Part shown: positions 40,149-49,892 of the stretch, in pieces
Position numbering within the stretch: position 1 is the first letter of the stretch
Layout: the number at the start of each line of letters is the position of its first letter
Assembly (NCBI GenBank): GCA_032128115.1
Contig: JAQBHB010000041.1
Coordinates: 32,001 to 96,000 of the forward strand
Direction: 5' to 3'
Source of the DNA: Deltaproteobacteria bacterium
GTDB lineage: Bacteria > Myxococcota_A > UBA9160 > SMWR01
Length of the DNA: 64,000 nucleotides
Notes under the pieces: generated by a model
What the model was told of the DNA's origin: nothing
The model's database searches: none
The model's input: the letters and a program-made list of their open reading frames with translations, nothing else
Position numbers and translations under genes: made by a program

Positions 40149-40933
40149 TGGCCGACGAGAATCCGATGCTCGAGATTTCCGGCCTGCACGCCAGCGCCGG
40201 CGGCGTGGAGATCCTGAAGGGGATCGACCTGGTGGTTCGCCCGGGCGAGGTGCACGCGGTGATGGGCCCCAACGGTTCGGGCAAGAGCACCCTGGCCAAT
40301 GTGTTGGCGGGCCGCGAAGACGTCCAGGTGACCAGCGGTCGTCTGCTCTACCAGGGCAAACCCCTGCAGGATCTGGCGCCCGAGGACCGCGCCCGGGAGG
40401 GATTGTTCCTGGCCTTCCAGTATCCGGTGGAGATCCCCGGTGTCACCAATTCGTATTTCATGAAGGCATCGCTGAACGCGGTGCGAAAGCACCGCGGCCA
40501 AGAACCGCTGGACGCCTTCGACTTCCTCGCCCTCGTGCGCGAGAAGCTCGAGCTGGTGCAGATGGACGAGAAGTTCCTGAACCGCGCCGTGAACGAGGGC
40601 TTCTCCGGGGGCGAGAAGAAGCGAAACGAGATACTCCAGATGGCTGTGCTGGAGCCGCGCTTTGCCGTCCTGGACGAGACCGACTCGGGGCTCGACATCG
40701 ACGCCCTGCGCGTCGTGGCCAACGGCGTGAACGCCCTGCGCAGCCCCGAGCGCGCCATGATCGTGATCACCCACTATCAGCGTCTGTTGGATTACATCGT
40801 GCCCGATCAGGTGCACGTGCTGGCCGACGGCCGGATTGCACGCTCGGGAGGCAAAGAACTGGCCGGCGAACTCGAGAAGCTGGGCTATGGCTGGCTCGAG
40901 ACGGCGCCAACGGACGGCGCGGCGGCGGGCTGA
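40148..40933 (+). CDS. sufC: Fe-S cluster assembly ATPase SufC
   Basis: GPNGSGKS, FQYP, FSGGEKKRNE, DETDSGLDID. Confidence 0.97.
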
Positions 40934-40935
40934 GC

Positions 40936-42270
40936 GTGCGGGATCCGGCTTGCGATCACTACGTCGATCTCCACGAGACCTTTTCGAAGCGGGTGTCGGG
41001 CGAGGCGGCCTGGCTTGCGAATCGGCGCCGGGACGCCGTGGGCTCATTCAAAGATCAGGGTTTCCCCACGACGCGCATGGAAGCCTGGCGCCAGACCAAC
41101 CTGGCGGCGCTGGCCCGGGTTCCCTTCGAGCTGGCATCGGCCAATACGAGAGCCATCGCCCCGCAGGACGTGGAAGCCCAGGCCGTTCCGCTGTTCGCCT
41201 GTAGCCTGTTCGTGTTCGTGGACGGCCGCTTCGACACGGAGCTCTCGGCGCGAATGGCCCTGCATGGCGCGGTGCACGTGGAGAGCCTGGCCCGTGTCCT
41301 CGCCGAGGATCCGGGGGCACTGGAGCCCTACCTGGGCCAGCTCGCCGACGCGAAGCGGCACTTCTTCACCGCCCTCAATACGGCATTCCTGGACGACGGT
41401 GCGGTGCTTCGACTCCCGCCCGGGGCCCGGCTCGACTCGCCCCTGCACGTGGTGTTCGTCGATTCGGGGCGGGCGCCGGCGACGCTCTCTCACCCGCGCC
41501 TGCTGGTGGTCGCGGGCGCCGGAAGCCACGCGACGGTGATCCAGGATCACGTCTCCCTGGGTCTGACTGGAGGCTTCACCAATGCGGTGACTGAAGTATT
41601 CGTCGAAAAGGCGGCATCCCTCGAGCTGGTGGTGCTTCAGCGCGAGAGTGCTGCGCAGACACACATTGCGAACCTGGCCGGAAAGCTCGAGCGCGACGCC
41701 CGCTTCACCAGCCACGTGGTGAGCCTGGGAGGCGCCCTGGTGCGCAACGACTTGAACGTGGTGCTGGCCGATGAGGGGGCCGAGGCCACGGCCAACGGCT
41801 TGTTCGTAGCGACCGGCGAACAACGGGTGGACAACTACACCACCATCGACCATGCCATGCCCCATGGAACCAGCCGCGAGCTCTACAAGGGGGTCCTGGG
41901 AGGCAGCGCCCGCGGCGTCTTTCGCGGGCGGGTGATCGTGCGCCCGGATGCCCAGCACACCCGCGCCGAACAGTCGAACCCCACGCTCCTGATCTCCGAC
42001 GCGGCCCAGATCAACAGCAAGCCGCAACTGGAGATCCACGCGAACGACGTGAAGTGCAGCCACGGGGCGGCCATCGGAAGACTGGACAAAGACGCCCTCT
42101 TCTACCTGCGAAGCCGCGGCATCGGCGAGGATCGGGCGCGCGAGATGCTGTCGCGCGGCTTCGCGTCGGAAATGACGCGGGCCATCTCGGTGGTGCCCCT
42201 GCGCGACGAGATCGACCTGCTGGTGGCGGACGCACTGGAGGGCAGCGCTCGCCGGGAGGACGCAGCGTGA
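40936..42270 (+). CDS. sufD: Fe-S cluster assembly protein SufD
   Basis: FPTTRMEAW, KPQLEI, DVKCSHGA, LFYLRSRG. Confidence 0.95.
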   Translation: MRDPACDHYVDLHETFSKRVSGEAAWLANRRRDAVGSFKDQGFPTTRMEAWRQTNLAALARVPFELASANTRAIAPQDVEAQAVPLFACSLFVFVDGRFDTELSARMALHGAVHVESLARVLAEDPGALEPYLGQLADAKRHFFTALNTAFLDDGAVLRLPPGARLDSPLHVVFVDSGRAPATLSHPRLLVVAGAGSHATVIQDHVSLGLTGGFTNAVTEVFVEKAASLELVVLQRESAAQTHIANLAGKLERDARFTSHVVSLGGALVRNDLNVVLADEGAEATANGLFVATGEQRVDNYTTIDHAMPHGTSRELYKGVLGGSARGVFRGRVIVRPDAQHTRAEQSNPTLLISDAAQINSKPQLEIHANDVKCSHGAAIGRLDKDALFYLRSRGIGEDRAREMLSRGFASEMTRAISVVPLRDEIDLLVADALEGSARREDAA

Positions 42271-43511
42271 GCGCGGCAGCGTCGGCGGCACCTCCCTTCG
42301 ATCCGGAGCGGGTGCGCGCCGAGTTCCCGATCCTGCAGCGGAAGATCCACGGCAACCCCCTGGTGTTCCTGGACAGCGCTGCCAGCGCCCAGAAACCGGC
42401 GCTGGTGATCGACGCCATGTCGCGCTTCTACGCCAACGACTACGCCAACATCCACCGGGGCGTCTACGAACTCTCGGAGCGCGCCACCCAGGCTTTCGAA
42501 GCCGCACGGGAGAGCGCGCGAGCGTTCCTCGACGCGAGCGAGAGCCGCGAGATCGTGTTCGTGCGAGGCACCAGCGAGGCCATCAACCTGGTGGCCCAGA
42601 CCTTCGGCCGCACCCACGTGGGAGCCGGAGACGAGGTGCTCATCACGCACATGGAGCATCACTCGAACATCGTGCCCTGGCAGATGCTGTGCCGCGAGAA
42701 GGGTGCGGTGCTCAGGGTGGCGCCCATCGACGACCGCGGCGCCCTGCGCATGCATGAATTCGAGAAGCTGCTGGGCGACAGGACCCGGATCGTCGCCATC
42801 ACCCACGTCTCGAACGCCCTGGGTAGCGTGAACCCGGTGAGGGAGATCGTGCGCCTGGCCCACGCGCGGGGAATCCCGGTGCTGGTGGACGGCGCCCAGG
42901 CGGTACCGCACCAGCGGGTGAGCGTTCGGGATCTGGACGCGGATTTCTATGCCTTCTCCGGCCACAAGGTCTTCGGGCCGTCCGGTGTGGGGGTCCTGTA
43001 CGGCAAGGCCGACCTGCTGGAGGCGATGCCTCCCTACCAGGGCGGCGGCGACATGATCCTGTCGGTGTCGTTCGAGGAAACCCTCTACAGGGAGATTCCG
43101 CACAAGTTCGAGGCCGGTACCCCGGACATCGCCGGCGTCGTGGGGCTCGGCGCGGCCCTGGACTGGCTGATGAACCTGGACATGGAGGGCCTGGCCCGCC
43201 ACGAGGCGGACCTGCTGGAGTACGCCACCCGGAAGCTCTCGAAGCTGCCGGGACTGCGCTTCATAGGCACCGCCGAGAAGCGCGCCTCGTTGGTCTCGTT
43301 CGTTCTCGACAACGTACACCCCCACGATGTGGGCACGATCCTCGACCGGGAAGGCATCGCAGTCCGCACCGGGCACCACTGCGCCCAGCCGGTGATGGAG
43401 CGTTTCGGCGTCCCCGCCACGGTGCGGGCTTCCTTCTCCCTCTACAACACGCGAGCCGATGTGGACGCCCTGGTTCGGGGATTGGACAAGGTGTGCGAGG
43501 TCTTCGCCTGA
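42267..43511 (+). CDS. sufS: Cysteine desulfurase SufS
   Basis: LDSAASAQKP, EHHSN, SGHK, RTGHHCA. Confidence 0.96.
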   Translation: MSAAASAAPPFDPERVRAEFPILQRKIHGNPLVFLDSAASAQKPALVIDAMSRFYANDYANIHRGVYELSERATQAFEAARESARAFLDASESREIVFVRGTSEAINLVAQTFGRTHVGAGDEVLITHMEHHSNIVPWQMLCREKGAVLRVAPIDDRGALRMHEFEKLLGDRTRIVAITHVSNALGSVNPVREIVRLAHARGIPVLVDGAQAVPHQRVSVRDLDADFYAFSGHKVFGPSGVGVLYGKADLLEAMPPYQGGGDMILSVSFEETLYREIPHKFEAGTPDIAGVVGLGAALDWLMNLDMEGLARHEADLLEYATRKLSKLPGLRFIGTAEKRASLVSFVLDNVHPHDVGTILDREGIAVRTGHHCAQPVMERFGVPATVRASFSLYNTRADVDALVRGLDKVCEVFA

Positions 43512-43963
43512 TGTCGGACCTGCGCGAGCTCTACCAGACGGTGATCCTCGATCACAACAAGAACCCCAGGAACTTCCGGACTCCGGAATCGGCCAACCGC
43601 ACGGCCCGGGGCAACAACCCGCTGTGCGGCGACAAGATCACCGTGCACGCCACGGTGGAAGGCGACCGAGTTGCGGATGTCGCATTCGAGGGGTCGGGGT
43701 GTGCGATCTCCACCGCCTCGGCGTCGCTCATGACCCAGGCCGTGAAGGGCCTGTCGCTGGATGAGGCCGAGAAGCTCTTCCGGAGCTTCCACGCCCTGCT
43801 CACCACCGACGTCGTGGCGGCCGATGACGCGGCCGAACTGGGGAAACTCGCGGTGTTTTCGGGAGTGCGCGAATTTCCGATTCGCGTCAAGTGCGCGACC
43901 CTGGCCTGGCACACCCTGCGCGCGGCCCTGGCCGGGGAGAGCGACAGCGTGAGCACCGAGTAG
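43511..43963 (+). CDS. sufU: SufU (NifU-like) protein
   Basis: LYQTVILDH, NPLCGD, GCAIS, RVKCATL. Confidence 0.95.
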   Translation: MSDLRELYQTVILDHNKNPRNFRTPESANRTARGNNPLCGDKITVHATVEGDRVADVAFEGSGCAISTASASLMTQAVKGLSLDEAEKLFRSFHALLTTDVVAADDAAELGKLAVFSGVREFPIRVKCATLAWHTLRAALAGESDSVSTE

Positions 43964-43965
43964 GG

Positions 43966-44005
43966 AGCGGAATCGGAAGCGGAATCGGAAGCGGAATCGG
44001 AAGCG
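43966..44005. repeat. 12-bp tandem repeat x3.3 (AGCGGAATCGGA)
   Basis: Perfect units at 43966, 43978 and 43990 between sufU and sufT. Confidence 0.9.
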
Positions 44006-44020
44006 AACAGGGAGGTTTCC

Positions 44021-44353
44021 ATGGACGAAAACGCCAGCACCAACACACCGGATGCGATCCGCGAGCGCATCGTCGATCAGCTGCGCACGGTCTTCGACCC
44101 GGAGATCCCGGTCAACATCTACGAGCTGGGCCTCATCTACGAGATCGACGTGCAGACGGGCGGCGCCACCCACATCCGCATGACCCTCACGTCGCCCATG
44201 TGTCCGGCGGCGGGGGAGCTGCCGCCGGAGGTGGAGACCAAGGCGCGGGCGGCGGGCGGAGTCACGTCGGTGCAGCTCGACCTGGTGTGGGATCCGCCCT
44301 GGAATCCGGACATGATGTCCGAAGCCGCCAGGCTCGAGCTCGGGATGTCCTAG
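44021..44353 (+). CDS. sufT: DUF59 / SufT Fe-S maturation protein
   Basis: DPEIPVNIYELGLIY, TLTSPMCP, DPPW. Confidence 0.9.
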   Translation: MDENASTNTPDAIRERIVDQLRTVFDPEIPVNIYELGLIYEIDVQTGGATHIRMTLTSPMCPAAGELPPEVETKARAAGGVTSVQLDLVWDPPWNPDMMSEAARLELGMS

Positions 44354-44468
44354 GCTGACCCCCGGGACGCGCTAGAGGCAGAGGTTCCGGAGCAGCACTT
44401 CAGTTGAACGACTTATGCGTGGGGAAGACCATGATGATCACCCCCGCGCCGAACGAAACCAGCGCGCG

Positions 44469-45923
44469 CTAGCGAAGGAGCGAGTCGCCGAGCAGGCCCG
44501 CAGTGGTCAGGACGGCGAAGCCGACTCCGAAAGCGAGGGTCTCGTGCGCCACGCGCGCGTCGATCCGCCGCATGGTGAAGATCGACAGGGCCACGGCCGC
44601 GACGATCCACGCGTTCAGGAAGAAACGCGCGGCGAAGCCCATCGACACGCCCGCCGTTTCCCACTGCACGCCGGCCGTCACCGCCAGCAGTAAGGCGGCC
44701 AGCAGGAATCCCAGGCGCAGCGCCAACGGGATCTTGCGCCAGGTCCGTGCCAACGCCCCAGGCTCGCGTGGCGGCGACTCCTCTCGCTGCGCCTGCTCCA
44801 ACACCTCGCCAGGCGTTTCGGAGTCGGCGCCACCCTCTGCGAAAGGCCCCAGTCGCCGGCGCGCCAGCTCGGCCGTGGCGAGATCCTGGAACTCGTCGTT
44901 GTCGGCCATCACCAGATCCACCATGCCTACGTAGCCGTAGGGCAGGAGCGGGGCCTCCTCGACCACGCGCAGCTGGTGGAAGGCGCGCGCTGGCCAGGCG
45001 TGGTGATCGGCGTGACGGGTGAGGCCGATGAGTCCGTAGTAGGTGGTCCAGGCGTGGGTGTCCCAGGAGTCGGCGTGGCGGACCCGCGGACCCCGGCGGA
45101 CCAACCCCCAGTGCTCGAAGTAGTTGACGGCCTCGAGCAATCTCACCGCGGTGAAGGCCTGGAGCACGAAGGCGAAGAGCGCAGCGCCGCCGAACGCCAG
45201 GAAGACCACCGCGGCCAGCCCCCACTCGACCGCCAGACCGTGCAGCACGCGGTTCCCGAGCGTTCGCCGGTCCCAGAGCTTCATGTCGGGGTCGCCGAGG
45301 CGCTTCGCCTCGAGCCGCCACGCACTGCGAAACTGGCTCGGGACGGTGCGACGAAAGAAGGCCTCGTAGGCCTCGCCGAAGCGAGCACTCGCCGGATCGT
45401 CCGGGGTACCCACACGCACGTGGTGTCCGCGCAGGTGCTCGGTGAAGAAATGCTCGTAGAGGACGCTGCAAAGCAGAAGCCGCCCGAGCCGCTGCTCCCA
45501 GGGCTTGCGACGATGAATGAGCTCGTGGGCGGTGACGATCGAGAAGCCCGAGCTCGAGCCGATCACGAGAAAGACCATCACCATGTCCACGGAGAAGATC
45601 CCCTGGACCGAGAAGAACCGGACCAGCTCGAAGACGACCAGGAACTGGAGGCCGGCGAGGGCGTAGACCAGCAGATCGAACGGCCAGGCGGGAAGCGATT
45701 CGGGGGGCTGCCGGCGCTCGGCTCTCGCTGCACAGTCGAGCTGGTGAACCGCGACCAGGGGCAGCATGAAGAGGGCCGCGATGTACCAGGGATGGGGCCC
45801 CGTCCACAGGAAGGCGAGCGAGAGGCCGGGGAAGAACAGCGAGACCAGGTGGCGGAGCCAGAGGCCCGCCACGGCTCGCGAGTCGCTCTCGATCTCTTCG
45901 GCGGGAGCTGTCGGAGAGGTCAT
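44469..45923 (-). CDS. AlkB-like membrane diiron monooxygenase with extra C-terminal TM extension
   Basis: HELIH, EHLRGHH, NYFEHWG and RHADHH His boxes. Confidence 0.88.
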   Translation of the reverse strand: MTSPTAPAEEIESDSRAVAGLWLRHLVSLFFPGLSLAFLWTGPHPWYIAALFMLPLVAVHQLDCAARAERRQPPESLPAWPFDLLVYALAGLQFLVVFELVRFFSVQGIFSVDMVMVFLVIGSSSGFSIVTAHELIHRRKPWEQRLGRLLLCSVLYEHFFTEHLRGHHVRVGTPDDPASARFGEAYEAFFRRTVPSQFRSAWRLEAKRLGDPDMKLWDRRTLGNRVLHGLAVEWGLAAVVFLAFGGAALFAFVLQAFTAVRLLEAVNYFEHWGLVRRGPRVRHADSWDTHAWTTYYGLIGLTRHADHHAWPARAFHQLRVVEEAPLLPYGYVGMVDLVMADNDEFQDLATAELARRRLGPFAEGGADSETPGEVLEQAQREESPPREPGALARTWRKIPLALRLGFLLAALLLAVTAGVQWETAGVSMGFAARFFLNAWIVAAVALSIFTMRRIDARVAHETLAFGVGFAVLTTAGLLGDSLLR

Positions 45924-46141
45924 GACGAGCTCAATCTACCCGCAGGATCTTCTCGCGCTGAAAGCGCAACAGCTCGGATACGGCCTCGACAAACCGGGGC
46001 TTGGCACGTGCGCCCGCGCTCGCCGCTCGCGATGACCTCGTCCCGGGACGGCTGCGCCGCACTCGGCCATCCGGCCAGCAGCACCGCCAGGGCTACCCCC
46101 GCGGCTGCTCCGACGCGGCGAATCGACCTCGGGATCGTCAT
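45920..46141 (-). CDS. Small, possibly secreted protein coupled to the alkB-like gene
   Basis: GGAGG RBS + ATG; signal-peptide-like N-terminus; its stop overlaps the downstream start (ATGA). Confidence 0.45.
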   Translation of the reverse strand: MTIPRSIRRVGAAAGVALAVLLAGWPSAAQPSRDEVIASGERGRTCQAPVCRGRIRAVALSAREDPAGRLSSS

Positions 46142-46301
46142 ATCGCCTCCCAGCAGGGGGTATAGCGAATCCCTTCGACCGGATTCGAGGCCACCCCGCT
46201 GCTGTGGGTGGGCTCTCTCGTATCAGGGTTGCTGCAGATCTCTTGCCGATCGAATCGCTCTCGTCGTAGAATCGCCGGAGTCACTGCATCCGCGAGATCT
46301 C

Positions 46302-47129
46302 GTGTTCCGCGTTGGCGTCGGCCTCCTGGTTGCATCCCTCGGAATCCACATGGTTGCCTGGAACTGGCTCGCGGGGAAGGTGATCTTCCAGCCCACGTCC
46401 GGCATCGACCTCCGCCCCGAGATGCTGGGAATCGACGGCGACGAGGTGTTCCTCACCAGTGAGGACGGCACCCGGCTCCACGGGTTCTTCGTGGCATCTC
46501 CCGCCGCCACCCGCGCCATCCTGTTCCTGCACGGCAACGCCGGCAACGCCTCCCACCGGCTTCCCAATGCGGCGGAGCTTGCGAAGCTGGGCGCGGCCGT
46601 GCTGGTGCCGGACTACCGGGGTTACGGAATGAGCGAGGGCACGCCCAGCGAAGCCGGCTGCTACGCCGACGCCAGGGCCGCATTGGAGGATCTCGTTGGA
46701 CGCGGCTTCCCGGAGAACCGCATCGTGCTGTTCGGCCGATCCCTGGGCGCCGCCGTCGCCGTCGACCTGGCCCAGGACCGGGAGATCGCCGGAGTCATCC
46801 TGGAGAGCACCTTCACGTCGGCGGCGGACGTGGCGCGGCGGGCCTTCGGAGCCCCCATGGCGCTTCTGCTGCGCGGCGTGCTGGCGTCGGACTCGAAGAT
46901 CGAACGGGTGCGCGCGCCGCTGTTGTTCTTTCACGGCGATCGCGATCGCGTGATCGACTTCGAGCTCGGACGGGCACTGTTCGACAGCGCCCCCGAACCC
47001 AAGAGCTTCGAGACAATCGCCGGCGCGGGACACAATGACACCACCCACGTGGGCGGACACGCCTACTTCGAACGGATCCGGCGCTTCCTGGACCAGGTGG
47101 CGCCGGAGATTCCGGAGGCCACTCCATGA
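46302..47129 (+). CDS. Alpha/beta hydrolase (ABHD13/BEM46-like)
   Basis: HGNAGN, DYRGYG, GRSLG, HGDRD, GHND; N-terminal TM; start uncertain. Confidence 0.88.
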   Translation: MFRVGVGLLVASLGIHMVAWNWLAGKVIFQPTSGIDLRPEMLGIDGDEVFLTSEDGTRLHGFFVASPAATRAILFLHGNAGNASHRLPNAAELAKLGAAVLVPDYRGYGMSEGTPSEAGCYADARAALEDLVGRGFPENRIVLFGRSLGAAVAVDLAQDREIAGVILESTFTSAADVARRAFGAPMALLLRGVLASDSKIERVRAPLLFFHGDRDRVIDFELGRALFDSAPEPKSFETIAGAGHNDTTHVGGHAYFERIRRFLDQVAPEIPEATP

Positions 47130-48139
47130 CGCGACTCCCCGCCGAGGACGGCTTTTCCATGCCGGCCGAATGGGAGCCGCACCGGCGTTGCTGGATGGTC
47201 TGGCCGTGCCAGCCCGATACCTTCTCCGATCTGGAGGCGGCGCGGGGCGACTACGTGGGGGTGGCGCAGGCGATTGCACGCTTCGAACCCACCGCCATGG
47301 TCGCTACCCCCGACGACACGGACGATGCGCGCCGCCGCTGTGGTGACGGTATCGACGTCGTCACCCTCTACACCGAGGACTCCTGGGTGCGCGACACCGG
47401 CCCCACCTTCCTGGTGGACGGACGCGGGAATCTGGCCGGCATCGACTGGCCCTTCAACGGCTATGGAGAACTCTACGCCGAATACCAGGAGGACGCGGCG
47501 CTGGCCGCGCGCATGCTTGCGCACGAGAAGCTGCGCCGTTTCGAGGGCCCGATCCACCTGGAAGGAGGCGCCATCCACACGGACGGGCAGGGGACGCTGC
47601 TCACCACGGAGAGCGTGGTGTTGAACCCGAACCGAAACCCGGGCCTCACACGCAAAGAGGCCGACGAGATCTTCCGGGCCTTCCTGGGCATTTCGAAGGT
47701 GATCTGGCTGGAGGCGGCCCTGGAGTTCGACGACACCGGCGGCCACATCGACAACCTGGCCTGCTTCGTGCGACCCGGCGTGGTGGCCGCACTCAGCGAG
47801 GTGGACCCGGAGGATTCCCAGTACGAAGGACTTCGGAACAACCTGCAGCATCTTCGCGCGGCCACGGACGCCTCGGGGCGTCCTCTCGAGATCCTGGAAA
47901 TCCAGCAGCCCCCGCGCCAGGACTTCGACGGCCACCGGCTGGCCCTGTCGTACATCAACCACTACATCGCCAACGGCGGCGTGGTCTACCCGGCCTACGG
48001 GGTGCCGGCGGACGAGGAGGCCCGGGAGGCGCTCCAGAAGGCCTATCCGGATCGCGAGATCGTGGCGGCCCCCTCCCAGGAGGTCATCAAGGGAGGCGGA
48101 TCGGTACACTGCATCACACAGCAGGAGCCGCTGCCGTAG
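47126..48139 (+). CDS. aguA: Agmatine deiminase
   Basis: MPAEW, DSWVRD, EGGAI, GHID, GGGSVHCITQQ. Confidence 0.95.
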   Translation: MTRLPAEDGFSMPAEWEPHRRCWMVWPCQPDTFSDLEAARGDYVGVAQAIARFEPTAMVATPDDTDDARRRCGDGIDVVTLYTEDSWVRDTGPTFLVDGRGNLAGIDWPFNGYGELYAEYQEDAALAARMLAHEKLRRFEGPIHLEGGAIHTDGQGTLLTTESVVLNPNRNPGLTRKEADEIFRAFLGISKVIWLEAALEFDDTGGHIDNLACFVRPGVVAALSEVDPEDSQYEGLRNNLQHLRAATDASGRPLEILEIQQPPRQDFDGHRLALSYINHYIANGGVVYPAYGVPADEEAREALQKAYPDREIVAAPSQEVIKGGGSVHCITQQEPLP

Positions 48140-48179
48140 TGACGGGCAGGGCACTCGCGGACCGCGGAGAGGGGCGAGC

Positions 48180-49052
48180 ATGAGAAAGGTCACCGTTGCG
48201 GCAACCCAGATGGCGTGCAGCTGGGATACGGACGCCAACGTCGAGCGCGCCATGGACCTGGTGCGCGAGGCGGCGGGCCGGGGCGCGAACATCATCTTGA
48301 TCCAGGAACTCTTCGAGACCCCGTACTTTCCGGCCGAAGAGAAGCCCGAGCATTTCTCGCTGGCGCGCCCCGTGGAGAACCACCCCACTCTCGCGAAGAT
48401 GGCCGAGTTGGCGCGAGAGCTCGAAGTGGTTCTGCCCGTGAGTTTCTTCGAGCGCGCGGGAAACGCCTACTTCAATGCGGTGGCCATCGTGGATGCGGAC
48501 GGCTCGACCCTGGGCGTCTATCGCAAGAGTCACATCCCGGACGGCCCGGGCTACGAGGAAAAATACTACTTCACCCCGGGAAACACGGGCTTCAAGGTCT
48601 GGAATACCCGCTACGCCAGAATTGGAGTTGCCGTCTGCTGGGACCAGTGGTTCCCCGAGTGCGCGCGGGCCATGGCCCTGCAGGATGCGGAGATCTTCTT
48701 CTACCCCACCGCCATCGGCGACGAGCCGTTCGACGATTTCGACTCCAAGGCCGCGTGGCAGCATGTCATGCAGGGACACGCGGCGGCCAACGTGGTGCCG
48801 GTGATCGCCTCCAACCGGATCGGCGCCGAGAAGTCGAACTCCCACACGCTCACGTTCTACGGATCATCGTTCATCGCGGACGGATCCGGGAATCTGGTGG
48901 AGGAGGCGGGCCGCGAGGAGCAGGCGGTGCTCACCCATACCTTCGATCTGGATGCGCTGCGGGAGAACCGGTCCTCCTCGGGATTCTTCCGGGACCGTCG
49001 GACCGACCTGTACCGCTCGCTCCTGACGATGGATGGCCAGACACCTCGCTAG
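48180..49052 (+). CDS. aguB: N-carbamoylputrescine amidase
   Basis: QELF, RKSHIPDGPGYEEK, CWDQWFPE, YPTAIG; adjacent to aguA. Confidence 0.95.
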   Translation: MRKVTVAATQMACSWDTDANVERAMDLVREAAGRGANIILIQELFETPYFPAEEKPEHFSLARPVENHPTLAKMAELARELEVVLPVSFFERAGNAYFNAVAIVDADGSTLGVYRKSHIPDGPGYEEKYYFTPGNTGFKVWNTRYARIGVAVCWDQWFPECARAMALQDAEIFFYPTAIGDEPFDDFDSKAAWQHVMQGHAAANVVPVIASNRIGAEKSNSHTLTFYGSSFIADGSGNLVEEAGREEQAVLTHTFDLDALRENRSSSGFFRDRRTDLYRSLLTMDGQTPR

Positions 49053-49111
49053 TTCACTGAACCCGCGCCAGTTCACAGGGCTGCGCTCACCCCACAGGGC
49101 TGCGCTCACCC
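49051..49111. repeat. 19-bp tandem repeat (2 perfect + 1 degenerate unit) between convergent stop codons
   Basis: cacagggctgcgctcaccc at 49074 and 49093; agttcac recurs at 49051 and 49070. Confidence 0.8.
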
Positions 49112-49879
49112 GCGTGTGCACCACTCCCAGAAGCCCCGATCCGGGTCGGCGGGCCGCAGGGCCCCGATGACCACGCGCTCCACCCGGGGTTCGCGAAGAA
49201 CGAGACGCGCCACTTCGTGCGCGGTCTCCCGCTGGGATTCGGACTCCACCTTGTTGAGAAGCAACGCCACGCGTGCATTCGGGGGGGCGCTCTTGAGACC
49301 GCCCCGGGGCGAGGTGAGGAGAACGGCCAGCGCCTCGGGGGTGAGGGTGCGATCCGCTCCGAGACCGGTGATGGACGCCACGCGCTCGGGCCGGTGGGCT
49401 ACCTGGTCGATGGGTGCCGACAGGGCGTCGATGCCCGCCACCAGCACCACCAGGCTCGCCTCCGCGGGAATCACCGGCTCGTGGTCGCCCGGGGCCTTCA
49501 CGGGCCGCATGCGCGAGCCGTCGGACTCCACCAGCACCCAGGCGACCCGCGGGTGAGACAGCCACTGTGCCGGAAGCTCCCGCGAAACCCCCACGGCGCG
49601 CTCGCCCTCCACGTGGCCCACCACCAGAAGCTGGGATTCCAGTTCGTCCAGGCGATTGCGCCATCCCGGCTCGTCCAGGCTGCAGGCCGCGTCCGCCAGC
49701 TCCATCTGTGTGGCGAAGATGCGCGTGGTGGTAGTGACCACCACTCCGCCGCCGAGTTCCCGAGCCAGCGCGAACAGGAGACTCGTCTTGCCTCCGCCGC
49801 CCACGATGGCCACCAGCTGCTGTGGGCGATCGAGTCCCAACGCAGCGCAGACGCGGTCGGCCCTCGAGACTTCGAGCAC
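49106..49879 (-). CDS. yqeC: Selenium cofactor biosynthesis protein YqeC-like
   Basis: VGGGGKTS, VTTTT, VESDGSRMRPVKAP, HEPVIP, LLNK. Confidence 0.85.
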   Translation of the reverse strand: MLEVSRADRVCAALGLDRPQQLVAIVGGGGKTSLLFALARELGGGVVVTTTTRIFATQMELADAACSLDEPGWRNRLDELESQLLVVGHVEGERAVGVSRELPAQWLSHPRVAWVLVESDGSRMRPVKAPGDHEPVIPAEASLVVLVAGIDALSAPIDQVAHRPERVASITGLGADRTLTPEALAVLLTSPRGGLKSAPPNARVALLLNKVESESQRETAHEVARLVLREPRVERVVIGALRPADPDRGFWEWCTRG

Positions 49880-49892
49880 GAGAGGTTCGCGC

